A stretch of DNA of 63,916 bases, the filler included, from Octopus bimaculoides (Eukaryota), in the NCBI RefSeq assembly GCF_001194135.2. It is 4 parts of 4 records of this genome, joined end to end, with 100 filler letters (N's around TTAATTAATTAA, not from the genome) between each part and the next. Parts side by side here need not be neighbours in the genome. Positions count along the whole stretch, not along the records: positions 1 to 19,103 come from NC_068981.1; 3 more parts are not named here. One strand, given 5' to 3'. Under the pieces are notes generated by a model. It worked only from the letters and a program-made list of their open reading frames with translations. It searched no databases and had not been told where the DNA came from. The position numbers and the translations under genes are program-made. Position 1 is the stretch's first letter, and each line of letters begins with the position of its first letter. Below, in pieces: positions 1 through 12,575 of this stretch.

Positions 1-303
1 TCGAATGTGGAATCTAAAACCAGAAACAATTCCTATCATAGTAGGTGCCTTAGGTATAATAAAAAAATATTCAGACAAATACATAACAAAAACACCAGGA
101 CTTACAAATATATATAACATACAGAAAATTGCACTACTGGGTACTGCACACATTCTACGCAAAACACCTTCAATACAGTAAACATAAGAGCACCACAGCA
201 AACCACAGCACATACCCAAGGCGCACAGAGCTGCGCTCGGTAGTGAAGTGAAAGCACGTTATAAAAATAAAACTACTGAATAATAATAATAATAATAATA
301 ATA
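1..303 (+). mobile_element. 3' end of a non-LTR retrotransposon, R4/Dong-like (RLE clade), with (TAA)n tail
   Basis: Frame from nt 2 reads RMWNLKPETIPIIVGALGIIKKYSDKYITKTPGLTNIYNIQKIALLGTAHILRKTPSIQ* (stop 179-181). This fits the xPxIxGALG...QKxxLLGTxHILRK C-terminus of R4/Dong-type ORFs. A short 3' UTR and a (TAA)n run at ~279-303 follow. Truncated by the window start. Confidence 0.75.
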
Positions 304-913
304 AAACGAAGGCGTAAAGGCTGTATTATTGTATTTCATTCCACCATATATTCTACGATTTAAAAAAAATCAACTTATTTAAAATCAAAATCAAGAAAAA
401 CGGAAATGCACCAATAATGTACTCAAATTAAACTTACCAAGATTTTGCGTATAATGTGCTGTCTTATTTACAATATGCAGTTTCTATTTATTATGTTTTT
501 ACTTTGTTTATATATGATGCCCCTTGCTCATAATGGTCAGCGTAATAGAATCACTATAAACGAATGTACAATTTGCTTATAATGTTTAGTTTTGTCCAAG
601 TAAATGAAGATCTGACAGAGGAAAAACAGAATAAAAAAACCTCTATATACCTTTCTAAATTATTGAAAATGCAATAAATTCTTATTGTTTTAATCTATCT
701 CACAGGAATTATCAAAGTATTATATGCAAGATGTATGGACGAATGTTTGTAATACAGTGCCAATTACGAATGATTAATTGACAAGTTGTTCGGCTGCTGG
801 AACAGTATAGGAAGATAATGAGAATATTTTAAATGATAGAATATTTTATGTGTATCATATGATAATTCCAGTAGAATCTAACTGGGTACGTTGTTCAGTA
901 ATCACCTTCGACA

Positions 914-973
<60 letters not shown>
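914..973. repeat. (TCTA)n microsatellite
   Basis: Direct reading of tandem ATCT units. Confidence 0.95.
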
Positions 974-1339
974 ATGTTTGTGTGTGTATGTGTGTGTATA
1001 TATATATGGATTGATGTATGTATATGTATATATGTTAATATTTTCCTGTGTTTAAAGTTTTTCTTGGTTTGTTTTCTGGTGTCTCTCGCGTAGTAATAAA
1101 TATTTTGATAGTATAGCTATTTAATTTGGTACAGCTATAACCATATATATGTTATATCTCATGTACATATGGCGATTACTCTGTCCAGTTTGACTGCATG
1201 ATTCTAATAAATGATATTCAGTACTCAGATTTAGCTGAAATATATAATTTTTCTGCCTAAGTTATTAATGGTTTTGATGTCTGATCGGCATTTGACAAAC
1301 ACTCGTTTAGAATAAGAGATTTAGAGATTTTTAGCCACT

Positions 1340-1570
1340 AATCGAAAGAATATCACTAATACCGGACTGCATGGAGTCTTCAAGTCATGATCATTCGACC
1401 TGCACCAAACAGTGTCCAGATCTCCTTCAAATCACGCCATACCATCTGTAAAAGAGCACGTGACCTAATTTAGTTCTAGATACACATTTTCTGACAAAAA
1501 AATAACATGGTCACAACTGGAACGCTTTTGTCATACGATAGCTGAACCAGGGCTGATCTGGAGATAAGGA
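1340..1570 (+). mobile_element. Degenerate dispersed short repeat (SINE-like family E)
   Basis: Shares aaatcacgccataccatct..., ggtcacaactggaacgcttttgtcata and gggctgatctggagataa motifs with degenerate copies at ~7380-7450, ~21370-21760, ~42700-42790 (reverse), ~58680-58780 and ~60210-60345. Confidence 0.4.
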
Positions 1571-2093
1571 AAAAGCATATCACGATTATATTATGAAATA
1601 CTATGTAAAAAAAAGGGGGGAAGAGAAACATTCAATCGAAATTACATCCATAGTGAGAAAGCAAATTGTTAGCTTCAGTGACAGTTCTTATCAAGAAAAG
1701 TGAAGGAGAAAATTCAGAAATTTAATTCGGTCAAAAATTAAGTGGAAACATGCAATGGGGAGTGAGTCGGATCTTTTGTTGGTGCAGTAACAAATTGAGA
1801 CGCGTTTCAGTCATATTAGACGTCTTTAAGATATCATAGTCTAATAAGGACGAACTAGATCTCAAAATAACTTCCAAAGGATATATTTTTTGTGCATAAG
1901 TTCCTTTATGGTTAGAGAATTAAAAGAGAAAGACTGAAATAGTTTGCAAAGATGAATAAAGAATATACAGTTGAGGGTGGGCTAACATACATAAAAACTA
2001 AATCAGTGAATTATTTTCACACCTCAACATTTATGTGTTTGTATATATATCTATATACATACACAAATAGGATATATATATATATATATTTAT

Positions 2094-2098
<5 letters not shown>

Positions 2099-2167
<69 letters not shown>

Positions 2168-2168
2168 G
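2099..2168. repeat. (CA)n microsatellite (one of dozens in the window)
   Basis: Direct reading. Confidence 0.95.
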
Positions 2169-2417
2169 CACACACATCACATGCACACATTATCGAAGTG
2201 CGAAATCTGCAATTCTGCGCCTCGTATTGAATTGCAATACAACAAAAAGGACACAATAAAATTTTAAATATGACGTCACCAACAGTAAACAACACGAAAT
2301 ACGAAGTCAAATGACGAAAGAAACAAATGGAAAACAGGACAAATAATATAAAGAACGACCCTTCATCAGTTACATCATTAAAAGCATTTTTGTCCTTACT
2401 TCTAGCAATGTGTTTCT

Positions 2418-2617
2418 TATTTCTTTATTGCCCACAAGGGGCTAAACATAGAGGGAACATCGACCACAGTGCGTAACTGGTACTTAATTTATCGACCCCG
2501 AAAGGATGAAAGGTAAAGTCGACCTCGGCGGAATTTGAACTCAGAACCTAACGGCAGACGAAATACCGCTAAGCATTTCACCCGGCGTGCTAACGACTCT
2601 GCCAGCTCGCTGCGTTC
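2418..2617 (-). mobile_element. tRNA-derived SINE (family A) with 18-bp TSD
   Basis: Minus strand begins gcgagctggcagagtcgttagc (A box) and contains gagttcaaattc (B box). Flanked by ttctagcaatgtgtttct (2400-2417) and ttctagcaaagtgtttct (2618-2635), one mismatch. Confidence 0.85.
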
Positions 2618-2675
2618 TTCTAGCAAAGTGTTTCTAACACCCTATAGCTTTCTTATATGTATATATATGTATGTT

Positions 2676-2719
<44 letters not shown>

Positions 2720-4061
2720 TACGTGCTTTGACTACAACATTAGAGAATTTAGCTCTTATTTCAAGCAATATAGTGGTTTCTAACACCCAAGTCACATTTA
2801 GNNNNNNNNNNNNNNNNNNNNNNNNNNNNNNNNNNNNNNNNNNNNNNNNNNNNNNNNNNNNNNNNNNNNNNNNNNNNNNNNNNNNNNNNNNNNNNNNNNN
2901 NNNNNNNNNNNNNNNNNNNNNNNNNNNNNNNNNNNNNNNNNNNNNNNNNNNNNNNNNNNNNNNNNNNNNNNNNNNNNNNNNNNNNNNNNNNNNNNNNNNN
3001 NNNNNNNNNNNNNNNNNNNNNNNNNNNNNNNNNNNNNNNNNNNNNNNNNNNNNNNNNNNNNNNNNNNNNNNNNNNNNNNNNNNNNNNNNNNNNNNNNNNN
3101 NNNNNNNNNNNNNNNNNNNNNNNNNNNNNNNNNNNNNNNNNNNNNNNNNNNNNNNNNNNNNNNNNNNNNNNNNNNNNNNNNNNNNNNNNNNNNNNNNNNN
3201 NNNNNNNNNNNNNNNNNNNNNNNNNNNNNNNNNNNNNNNNNNNNNNNNNNNNNNNNNNNNNNNNNNNNNNNNNNNNNNNNNNNNNNNNNNNNNNNNNNNN
3301 NNNNNNNNNNNNNNNNNNNNNNNNNNNNNNNNNNNNNNNNNNNNNNNNNNNNNNNNNNNNNNNNNNNNNNNNNNNNNNNNNNNNNNNNNNNNNNNNNNNN
3401 NNNNNNNNNNNNNNNNNNNNNNNNNNNNNNNNNNNNNNNNNNNNNNNNNNNNNNNNNNNNNNNNNNNNNNNNNNNNNNNNNNNNNNNNNNNNNNNNNNNN
3501 NNNNNNNNNNNNNNNNNNNNNNNNNNNNNNNNNNNNNNNNNNNNNNNNNNNNNNNNNNNNNNNNNNNNNNNNNNNNNNNNNNNNNNNNNNNNNNNNNNNN
3601 NNNNNNNNNNNNNNNNNNNNNNNNNNNNNNNNNNNNNNNNNNNNNNNNNNNNNNNNNNNNNNNNNNNNNNNNNNNNNNNNNNNNNNNNNNNNNNNNNNNN
3701 NNNNNNNNNNNNNNNNNNCATTTATATATATATATATATACATACATATACATATGCATATGTGTGTGTTTGTGTATATAAGTATATATATAATTCATAT
3801 TTATACTACATTACATCTACATTTATATACATACATGCAAACGTAATTAGGTATGTATATATGTCTATATACATACATATGTATGTAAGTACGTATGTAT
3901 CTATCTATTTGCATGTGTGAGTTTGTGTGTGTGTTTGTATGTGTGTATGTGTGTGTATGTATGTATGTATGTATGCATGTATGTATGTATATATGTATGT
4001 ATGTATGTATGTATGTGTGTGTGTGTATGTGTGTGTATGTGTTTACGTGTGCTGAATCAGG

Positions 4062-4215
4062 CATAGCGGTGTAGCTAAGGGCGTCGTCGATTCTCAAACA
4101 CGCTGATTCATGTTCAGTCTCAATATGTGATAATTCAGGCAAGTATCTTGTATAATACCTTGTGAGTGAATTTGGTGCACGGAAACTGCACTGAAGCCCG
4201 TCATAAATACGTTTA
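4062..4215 (+). mobile_element. Degenerate 5' half of SINE family B
   Basis: ggcaagtatctt...ccttgtgagtgaatttggtgcacggaaactgcactgaagcccgtc aligns with the full copy at 48721-49132. Confidence 0.55.
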
Positions 4216-4480
4216 TCTGTATATGCAAGTGTGTCAGCACGCATTCCCTCACTAGCAGCTTGAGAAAGATTACCACACTTAATGATGAATATTGGCGCCT
4301 ATTTAGTCGAGAAAAATCATTGTAGTGCCCCAACATGGCAGTCTGTAAAAATACAGAATACTCGGGGTAAATTTCACGATTTTTCTAAGTCTCCTCTTTT
4401 CATGAACAGCTTGAGGTATTGGTGAACAGTCTATGGCATTGGAGAGCATAAATATTATAGTTGAGAAAAAGTTATCAGTC

Positions 4481-5036
4481 ATGGAGGACTGGAAGCCATC
4501 TGAATATTGGAAAAGTGTTACTTGTATCATAGTGATCTACGTCGGGTATCAAAATGCCGATATCACGACTGCTGGTTAATGCTCTATGAACACTGTAAAG
4601 GCTATAAGACATGGTATGGATAGCTGTAACGGAGACTACGAAGCCGTGGCCAGTAGGAAGTGACATAGCAGGGTTTTCACTGCGTCCGCAAGTTGGGATT
4701 CACTTCTTTATCTTTGAATAGGGCCTAAGCCTCATCAGACGCTATATTAAACTGTTTGAGACTGTGGTCAATACTCGGTTGGAGAGAGTTGCTGCTGGAA
4801 GACCATATGCGTGGTAGCAGGATTCGGCTCCTTCCCATACTTCCGGAAAGAATAAGGAGTGGTTGCTGGAGAAATGCTACATCACCAACAGCAATTTCTG
4901 GCCTCCCATTTCCCTCGATTGTGATCCAATGGATTACTATGTTTGGGTTGGGGCTGAGAATGACACCGTCTGCTCTGCCTGCAATACTAAGGCCTAACTG
5001 TTGGCGAAGATCAAGGAAGTGTTGGAAGATCTTTTC
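4481..5036 (+). mobile_element. Internally deleted, decayed Tc1/mariner transposase (maT/DD37D-like)
   Basis: From ATG 4481: MEDWKPSEYWKS...GDYEAVASRK*HSR (HTH-like region). From 4743: YIKLFETVVNTRLERVAAGRPYAW*QDSAPSHTSGKNKEWLLEKCYITNSNFWPPISLDCDPMDYYVW. The QDSAPxH...WPPxSxDxxPxDYYVW catalytic motifs have 36 residues between the last two Asp, close to DD37D. In-frame stops; TIRs not found. Confidence 0.8.
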
Positions 5037-5399
5037 AGAGTCATTTACCATTGGTTTAGTTGTTAATATATGACGTATATGGAGAGATATATGGAGATGC
5101 ATATTATGTTCCTTTGACTTGTCTTTAAAACTTTATGTATTCAAGGATCCTTATTTCCATTTGATGACGATTCTACGAACGAGTTCTTTAGCAGACATTT
5201 TTTCAGATATGATTAGTAGCTGACAGTAAGACTTTTCGATAAGTGTTGTAGGGTTTCTTGAGTGAAATGTTACACTGTTCGTTGTTAGCAAACGATTATT
5301 GATGGTGGGCCACAGGAAGCAATGAGAGATTGTCATATTTAACAGTGAGAGAAATTTGTAGCTTGAAGAATCTTAGATTTCTGAAGATATAGTCCTTGC

Positions 5400-5760
5400 A
5401 GCAAGAGACTTAACTTAGAATTGTGGCTTATTATTTGGATCTTAAAGAAAAGAATTCGGTAGGGTTTGGCGGTTGAGAATTGGAAAGTTTTATTGTTTTC
5501 TTGATACTATTGTGCTTGAGACAATACTTTCCACTTAATGCTAAATGAGGTATCATTTCAAATTTTGTCCGTATATATGTATTTATATAAAAAAGTGAAA
5601 TTTCCCCTTTTGCGTTGCGAAAATTATGTGTATGTTAATTTGATGTTGAACCTGTAAAAGTAGCTGTGGATGTTGTTGTAGTGTTTTTGGTTATAGTTGT
5701 TCTGTAAATAATGTCACTTGAGATTTGAGAGACTATATCCATTTTGAGGAAGAAGTTGGT
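5400..5760 (-). mobile_element. Penelope-like element remnant (GIY-YIG endonuclease region), decayed
   Basis: Minus-strand peptide fragments DIIYRTTIT, ATFTGSTS and SFSIKWKVLSQAQ*YQENNKTFQFSTAK resemble the IVYxAxVT / YIGxT / IxWxIxxxAxxYxxxxKxCxLCxxEK order of Penelope GIY-YIG domains. Frameshifted with stops. Confidence 0.5.
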
Positions 5761-6385
5761 TAAGCAAAACAATTTCTCATTTTGTATTTTTTTTTTTTTT
5801 TGGTGGGTGGCTTTTGTTTATTGTAACTTTTCTCAATAACCACTGTAATGAAGTCCTTCGTTATGTGGAGTTGTAATTTATTGATTATTTGTTCATTGGG
5901 AGATTAAGGAGGGTGCCATAAGAATATATAAGGACAATCTGTAACGAAGTTGAATTTTTGATGCAATATTGATAATGTATATAGACATACATTCTCTATA
6001 ATGTCTCATCTAAATTACACACATTTGTTTCCAACATTAAAAAAAAATCTGACTGGATCTAAACAATAATAAAATTTCCGCATCAGCCCAAAATATATCC
6101 CTCCACCATAACTTTCTCTTATCTTACATCATACAAACACGTACCTTCTTCCAATCCTTCGCTATTCCTCTTTATACACCCCTACATCCTCGGTCTGCCT
6201 ACCCTAGTTATTATTCGCATCACTTCACCGATCCCCCAAAATAAAAGCTTGCCAAAGACTATATAAAGCCAAAAAGGACCCAATTAAATCACTGTCTGAT
6301 GAAAGCTGGCAAGCTGAAACTTCGTTGGCACTGTCAAGTATTTCATTCTATTTGTTAATAAATATGTACTCTACTGAAAATTCAA

Positions 6386-6595
6386 AGCACATGCACCAGT
6401 GGTAAGAGTACGACACTTAGAATCGTGTGATCGTAGTTTCGATTCTCGGATGAAAAATATGTCGAGTTGTTGGGCAGAATATTATATTTCATTTCATGTT
6501 GCTTTAATCGACTCAGATGTAAATGAGTTCCGGCAATAGCTGGGAAGTAAACCCTACAAGGGATGGTTTTCCCATTCAGGATGGGGCTTTTGCTT
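6386..6595 (+). mobile_element. Degenerate tRNA-derived SINE (family D, CORE-like middle)
   Basis: Head with ccagtggtaagag (A box) and gtttcgattc (B box), then ttgggcag...tttcatgttgctttaatcgactcagatgtaaatgagt and aaccctacaagggatgg. Related to 27218-27320 and 51575-51720. Confidence 0.55.
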
Positions 6596-7015
6596 AATAT
6601 TTGTGTTCTATATATAACGTGGCATAAAAACAAACATTAATATATAATTTATATACATGTGCGTATATGTATATACACACACATACATACATACATACAT
6701 ACATACATAAATACATACATACATATAGAAATGAGAGTGTGTATGCACTCGTGTGTATTCACGCACACACAACACACACAAATATATATATATATTTTGT
6801 GAGAAATTAGATAGATATGTAGATGCGTGCATACATATATGTGAAAATATGGTGTTTGCACATGTGTGTTTAGTTTCACATGTATGTATTATGTCCTTGT
6901 GCCAAGAAATATATGTGCTTGCGAGATGTACACACGCAATTAAATTCGGCAAGAAATTCAATCAGCTGGTTATGCATCAGTTGAGATAAACACACCTATT
7001 AGTCATTTTCGTGTT

Positions 7016-7046
<31 letters not shown>

Positions 7047-7779
7047 CTGAAACACGTTTCAGCTGATCGGTTATGGCTGCCGATTTACACATTCTATCAA
7101 ATCTTTTCCGTCCTTGATTGTCTGTCCAATCTCTGTCTGTCTGTTTGTCTGGCGACCTAGATGTGTCCTTTCGTTAGTCTATCTATCTTTCTGTCTTGAT
7201 ATTTAAATGTTAGGTGCTATTAGCTACTCAGTATATCAGCTGAAACAATGAGCGACCCTGTAATTATATGACTAGATTACTAGAAAGATAAGTTAAATTT
7301 CCTGTCTGCAAATCACACATCATCGAAATGAATACAAATGAATATATCGATCAATACAGTCCAATATATACCCAAAGACACCATAGTTCTCTCTGAGAGT
7401 ATTAAATCATAGTTCTGCTCGATCAAAGCTGACCATGGGTTAAGTAACAACAAGAAGTAAACAAAAGCTTGATATCAAAACGGATTTTGCACGTTAATGT
7501 AAAGTTTGGGCCGGTATACTGATTTAACATTCTGCACTACAGATATCAGAAATTAAATGAAGGGGCATAGTACGGATCCTTTTCCCTCTGGTCTATCACC
7601 CTCAACGCATACGCTCATACTTTGATCTGTCTTTAGCCTTAAAGTGATGGAATTTTGTTAGAAGACTGCAAAACTTTAAGTATTATGGAACAGATAATAC
7701 GCTTAATTCCAAATAAATGAGTGAAGTGCCTTGTTCTTTCTTCGTTTGTCCACTCATTTGTATATATATATATATATAT

Positions 7780-7980
7780 TTATTATTTTACTTATTACAA
7801 TCATTTGATTGCTGCCATGCTGGAGCGCAGCCTTTAGTCGAGCAAATCGACCCCAAGACTTATTCTTGGTGAGCCTAGTACTTACTCTATCCGTCTATTT
7901 TGCTGAAGCGCTAAGTTATGGGGACGTAAACACACCAGCATCGGTTGTCAGGCGATGTTGGTGGGACAAACATACACACG
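7780..7980 (-). mobile_element. 3' half of SINE family B
   Basis: Reverse complement of ...gaataagtcttggggtcgatttgctcgactaaaggctgcgctccagcatggcagcaatcaaatgattg, matching 49020-49110. Confidence 0.8.
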
Positions 7981-8290
7981 CCTATGAGTGTGTATATGTG
8001 AATATGTACATGCAATTTTTAATGTATACGTGTGTTTGTTGGTGACGATTATTATCACACAGCAAAACATTCTCGTCGTGTGAATTAGAGCCAAATCCCC
8101 TAACGCCTAACACGGTACAACCCGACATAATTTCTTTTATCCATTATCCATTTTCAGTCATTTGTTTTTGACTATTCCAAACAATCCTCCTTCCTCAAAA
8201 CAGTGCCCAACACGGCGGTGTTGTTAAGAAACTCTCTTTGTACCCACGCGTTTCGAGTTCAGTTCAACTATATATGAATACAAACACACA

Positions 8291-8323
<33 letters not shown>

Positions 8324-8867
8324 NNNNNNNNNNNNNNNNNNNNNNNNNNNNNNNNNNNNNNNNNNNNNNNNNNNNNNNNNNNNNNNNNNNNNNNNNNNNN
8401 NNNNNNNNNNNNNNNNNNNNNNNNNNNNNNNNNNNNNNNNNNNNNNNNNNNNNNNNNNNNNNNNNNNNNNNNNNNNNNNNNNNNNNNNNNNNNNNNNNNN
8501 NNNNNNNNNNNNNNNNNNNNNNNNNNNNNNNNNNNNNNNNNNNNNNNNNNNNNNNNNNNNNNNNNNNNNNNNNNNNNNNNNNNNNNNNNNNNNNNNNNNN
8601 NNNNNNNNNNNNNNNNNNNNNNNNNNNNNNNNNNNNNNNNNNNNNNNNNNNNNNNNNNNNNNNNNNNNNNNNNNNNNNNNNNNNNNNNNNNNNNNNNNNN
8701 NNNNNNNNNNNNNNNNNNNNNNNNNNNNNNNNNNNNNNNNNNNNNNNNNNNNNNNNNNNNNNNNNNNNNNNNNNNNNNNNNNNNNNNNNNNNNNNNNNNN
8801 NNNNNNNNNNNNNNNNNNNNCGTGCACAAACACACACACAAACTCACACACTTACAGACATATATAT

Positions 8868-9290
8868 AGGTTTCAGGTTTCAGGATTCAGTCCCACAGGC
8901 TTCTATTATAGCTCTGGACCGAACAATGACTTGTGAAAGAATTAGATGAACGGAAACTGCATGGAAGCCTGTTATATACATATATATGTGTGTGTATGTG
9001 TTTGTGTATGTGTGTGTTTGTGTATGTGTGTGCGTGTGTGTGTGCGTGTGTGTGTATGTGTGTGTGTGCGTGTGTGTGTGTGTTTGTGTGTTTGTCCACC
9101 ACCATTTGACAGCCGGTGTTGTGTTTATGTACCCGTAACTTGCGGTCTCGGTAAAAAGAAACCGATAGGATAAGTACCAGACTTAAAAATAAGCACTGGT
9201 TTCGATTGTATTCAGTAAACCCTTCCAGACGGTGTCCCAGCATACTTCCAAACTAATGAATAAAACAGGTAAAAAATAAAGGATAAAAGT
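8868..9290 (+). mobile_element. SINE family B, degenerate, with central (TG)n microsatellite
   Basis: 5' half (ggattcagtccca...acggaaactgcatggaagcc), (TG)-rich centre, and 3' half (gacagccggtgtt...ccgataggataagtacc...gtcccagcat). Confidence 0.7.
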
Positions 9291-9661
9291 AGTAAGACCA
9301 CGAATATAAACTCTCACTGATATTTCCAATTATTTTCAATTATTCAAGTATTTGTAATCAAACACGCGTATTCATTTTCCATCTTATTTACGTATCTATC
9401 TCTCTGGTAAATCAGCTCTATTGAACCACTTAATATCCCGCCCTCTCATTCATCAACTGTCTAACAGCAATTGCTTTATTTGATCATAAGCGATATTTTA
9501 CCCAAGTGTCTACTCACCGAAAATATCTCCTTAACATCAACACTACTACCACATCCTCACACTAAAACGTAAAACATCATCAAGTTGCTTGCCAACGCAT
9601 GCATCTACCCTGGTCACTATATCAAAAACATATAAACAAAAAACATTGTAATATTCTAATT

Positions 9662-9770
9662 CTAGCTGTGCGGTAAGAAGCTTGCTACCCACTCACATGG
9701 TCCCGGACTCAGTTTCACTGCGTGGAACCTTAGGTAAGTGTCTTCTATTATAGCATCGGTCCGACCGTCG

Positions 9771-9772
<2 letters not shown>
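9662..9772 (+). mobile_element. 5' half of SINE family B
   Basis: tagctgtgcggtaagaagcttgct...ggtaagtgtcttctattatagcatcggtccgacc, followed by (TA)n and a gap. Confidence 0.75.
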
Positions 9773-9808
<36 letters not shown>

Positions 9809-11629
9809 NNNNNNNNNNNNNNNNNNNNNNNNNNNNNNNNNNNNNNNNNNNNNNNNNNNNNNNNNNNNNNNNNNNNNNNNNNNNNNNNNNNNNNNNNNNN
9901 NNNNNNNNNNNNNATATATATGGCTTTCACTACTAGCCAACGATTCTCGTCAACGCATAAGACAGCCATTATGTTCCCACACATAAAACGCTACCACGTG
10001 GACTCTGTTGAAACTAGTAAGAAATAATTATGAACTTTTCTTTTATAACACTTAACTATTAAAAATATATATTTTTAATAAGGTTCGTTTTTTTTTATTT
10101 CAAGAAGAACCGAAACGTGTAAAATCGTGTATATATACAACCGTTGTTTGTTCGTTTCCGTCTCCGTAAATAAGCGGTTAGGGATAAGCGTCCGATAGAA
10201 TATGTATCGGGCTTAACAAAAAATATGTACTGGGGTCAATTCATTCAACTAAAGATTCTTCAAGGCGGTGAAGTAAAAGATTAAAAGGATTAATACCTTT
10301 ATTACAGCAGTCAACACACCATTTTTCAGGATAGTCCAATTACTAATTAATATAACTAGAAGATTATAAATATCTACTCAGTCTCAAAAATAAAAAAACA
10401 ATTAAACTACGAATTATTGGGAAATATCGATATTATTCGCTCTACAGAATCGAGTTCCCTTTTACTCAACAGTTTGCAAATCATAACTCCATTCGCAGTT
10501 TGTTTCATTGTTACTAGGCATTCTGCCAAGTGTTAATGAAACGGCACGATCATTTCGTAAAAGTCAACTTTATCAAATATTCATTCTAAATACTTTGAGT
10601 ACCGAAAAACTTCCATTCGACAGCGGCTACATCTGTTTCTACCAACAGATTTTAATGATTATATATATATGAATATACAGGCATGCATGCATGAATACAT
10701 ACATACATACATACATACATGCACACATACATACATATATGTTTGCATGTGTAAGTGTGTGTATGCATAAAGGAAGTCAGAACAAAAGCCCAAATAGGTT
10801 ACATATATTTTATGATATACCAAGCTTTTCTTAAACTACGATTCCTATGTTAAGTTGCAAATCTATTATATCCAAAAAGGTCATGTAAATATCTGCTATT
10901 GAAATATGTAGGCGTTGTATTTACACTAGCATCACGACTGCGCTGTTTTTCCATCTTATTAAGCTATTTAACCTCTTCAGGTGCTATCACTTGACTCCTA
11001 ACTTGACCTTTCATATATAATCAGGAAATTTGTAGGATACATCCCTACCCAATACTTATTGTGACTTGTCATTCTTTTCTCCCACACAATTCAGAAATCC
11101 ATATGTCATTTGTCTTCTTTTAACTTGAATCTAAAATTTACAAAATCATATTAAAGCACACAGCACACACCATGTTTTTTTCTTTTTGGATGTTCTGTAT
11201 GAGAATATACATATGATATTAATAGTATTAATACATAGAACACAAAGGAAATTAAGATGTGGGCGACAGAATATGTTCTAATCAATACCTAATTTCCATC
11301 GGACTGCAACATTTTAAAATTCAATTGGGATGCATTAACCATATACAATATCTGAAAATAAAATGAATGTGAAGATTGGAACAGAAACCTGTCCATAACA
11401 ATAGGTGGCTTTTTGAATAATAGAAACACATGTAACCCAAATCTCGGGACATACGTATAGATACGTACTCATACATGAAATAGTGCTACGATTCACTGCC
11501 GACAAATTATTACGTATAACAGAGAGCAGTTTCAATAAAGCAAAGAGAAAATAACAAATAAATCCCAAAGACCGGAGAACTGTGCTTGATTATGCAGTAA
11601 AGGTTCGGAATAAAACAACCGGAAATAAT

Positions 11630-11665
11630 AATAGCAGCAGTAGTGGTAGTGGTGGTGGTGGCATC

Positions 11666-11715
<50 letters not shown>

Positions 11716-11739
11716 CATGTTCACGATGATGTTCATCAT

Positions 11740-11775
<36 letters not shown>

Positions 11776-11809
11776 TANNNNNNNNNNCATCATCATCATC
11801 ATCATTATC

Positions 11810-11854
<45 letters not shown>

Positions 11855-11870
11855 ATTATTATTATTAATT
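11630..11870. repeat. Compound trinucleotide tract (AGC/GGT/ATT/ATC)
   Basis: Direct reading; interrupted by a 10-N gap. Confidence 0.9.
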
Positions 11871-11909
11871 ATAAATCTCTGAGCGAAGTATAAACAGTAG
11901 CTGCACATC

Positions 11910-12152
11910 TCATGAAGTATATTTGCCGCTTAAATTTGGCTAACCCTTAAGGGTGGATGCTAATGTAGCTTATAACCCCAGGACGACATCTCCTCCAGCT
12001 GGCTATTGACACACTTTCTGTGCCCTATCAGTATTTGGGCACAGAAAGTGTGTCAACAGCCCGTTGGAGGATGTTTCTTCCTAGGGCTACAAGCTACAGT
12101 AACATCCACCCTTAAGGGTTAGCCACATTTAAGTGGCAAATATACTTCACGA
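11910..12152. mobile_element. 243-bp foldback (palindromic MITE-like) element
   Basis: Arms 11910-12025 and 12037-12152 (116 bp each) are reverse complements with roughly 13-15 mismatches, around an 11-nt loop tatcagtattt. Each arm contains the perfect palindrome acccttaagggt. Confidence 0.85.
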
Positions 12153-12449
12153 TTATTATTGTTATTATTATTTTCTGTTTATCACAGGTTTTGTTGGAGC
12201 TCCTGGAGTCTTGCATGTGTAGCGGGCTTACTACCTGCAGCCTAAGGTACCATGCTATTAGTTGTCTTCAGCTAATACTTTCCTGATTAATTTGGCCGCG
12301 ACAAGGAAGCAAACCTTATGTAACAGTTCTGCTGGGCACTCTATTCTAATTGCCTTTATATTCATTTTGATGTCTTCTGATACTGTTCTCTTAATCGGAC
12401 AGAACTTATGGGATAACCTGGTATATATATATATCGATGCGTGTGTGTG

Positions 12450-12575
12450 TTTTTGTGCCTGTGTTTGTCCCCCCCTCCCACCATCGCTTGACAACCAGTG
12501 TTACGTCTCCGTACTCTAGTGGTTCACCAAAAGAGACCGATAAAATAAGTACTGGGCTTACAAAGAATAAGTTCT
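12450..12575 (+). mobile_element. Part of the 3' half of SINE family B
   Basis: gtgtttgtccccc...cgcttgacaacc...caaaagagaccgataaaataagtactgggcttacaaagaataag matches 48935-49050. Confidence 0.75.

Noticed and set aside
840-900. PHD-finger-like fragment (CII…NWVRCS)
   Set aside because: Too short and frame-broken to support a call.
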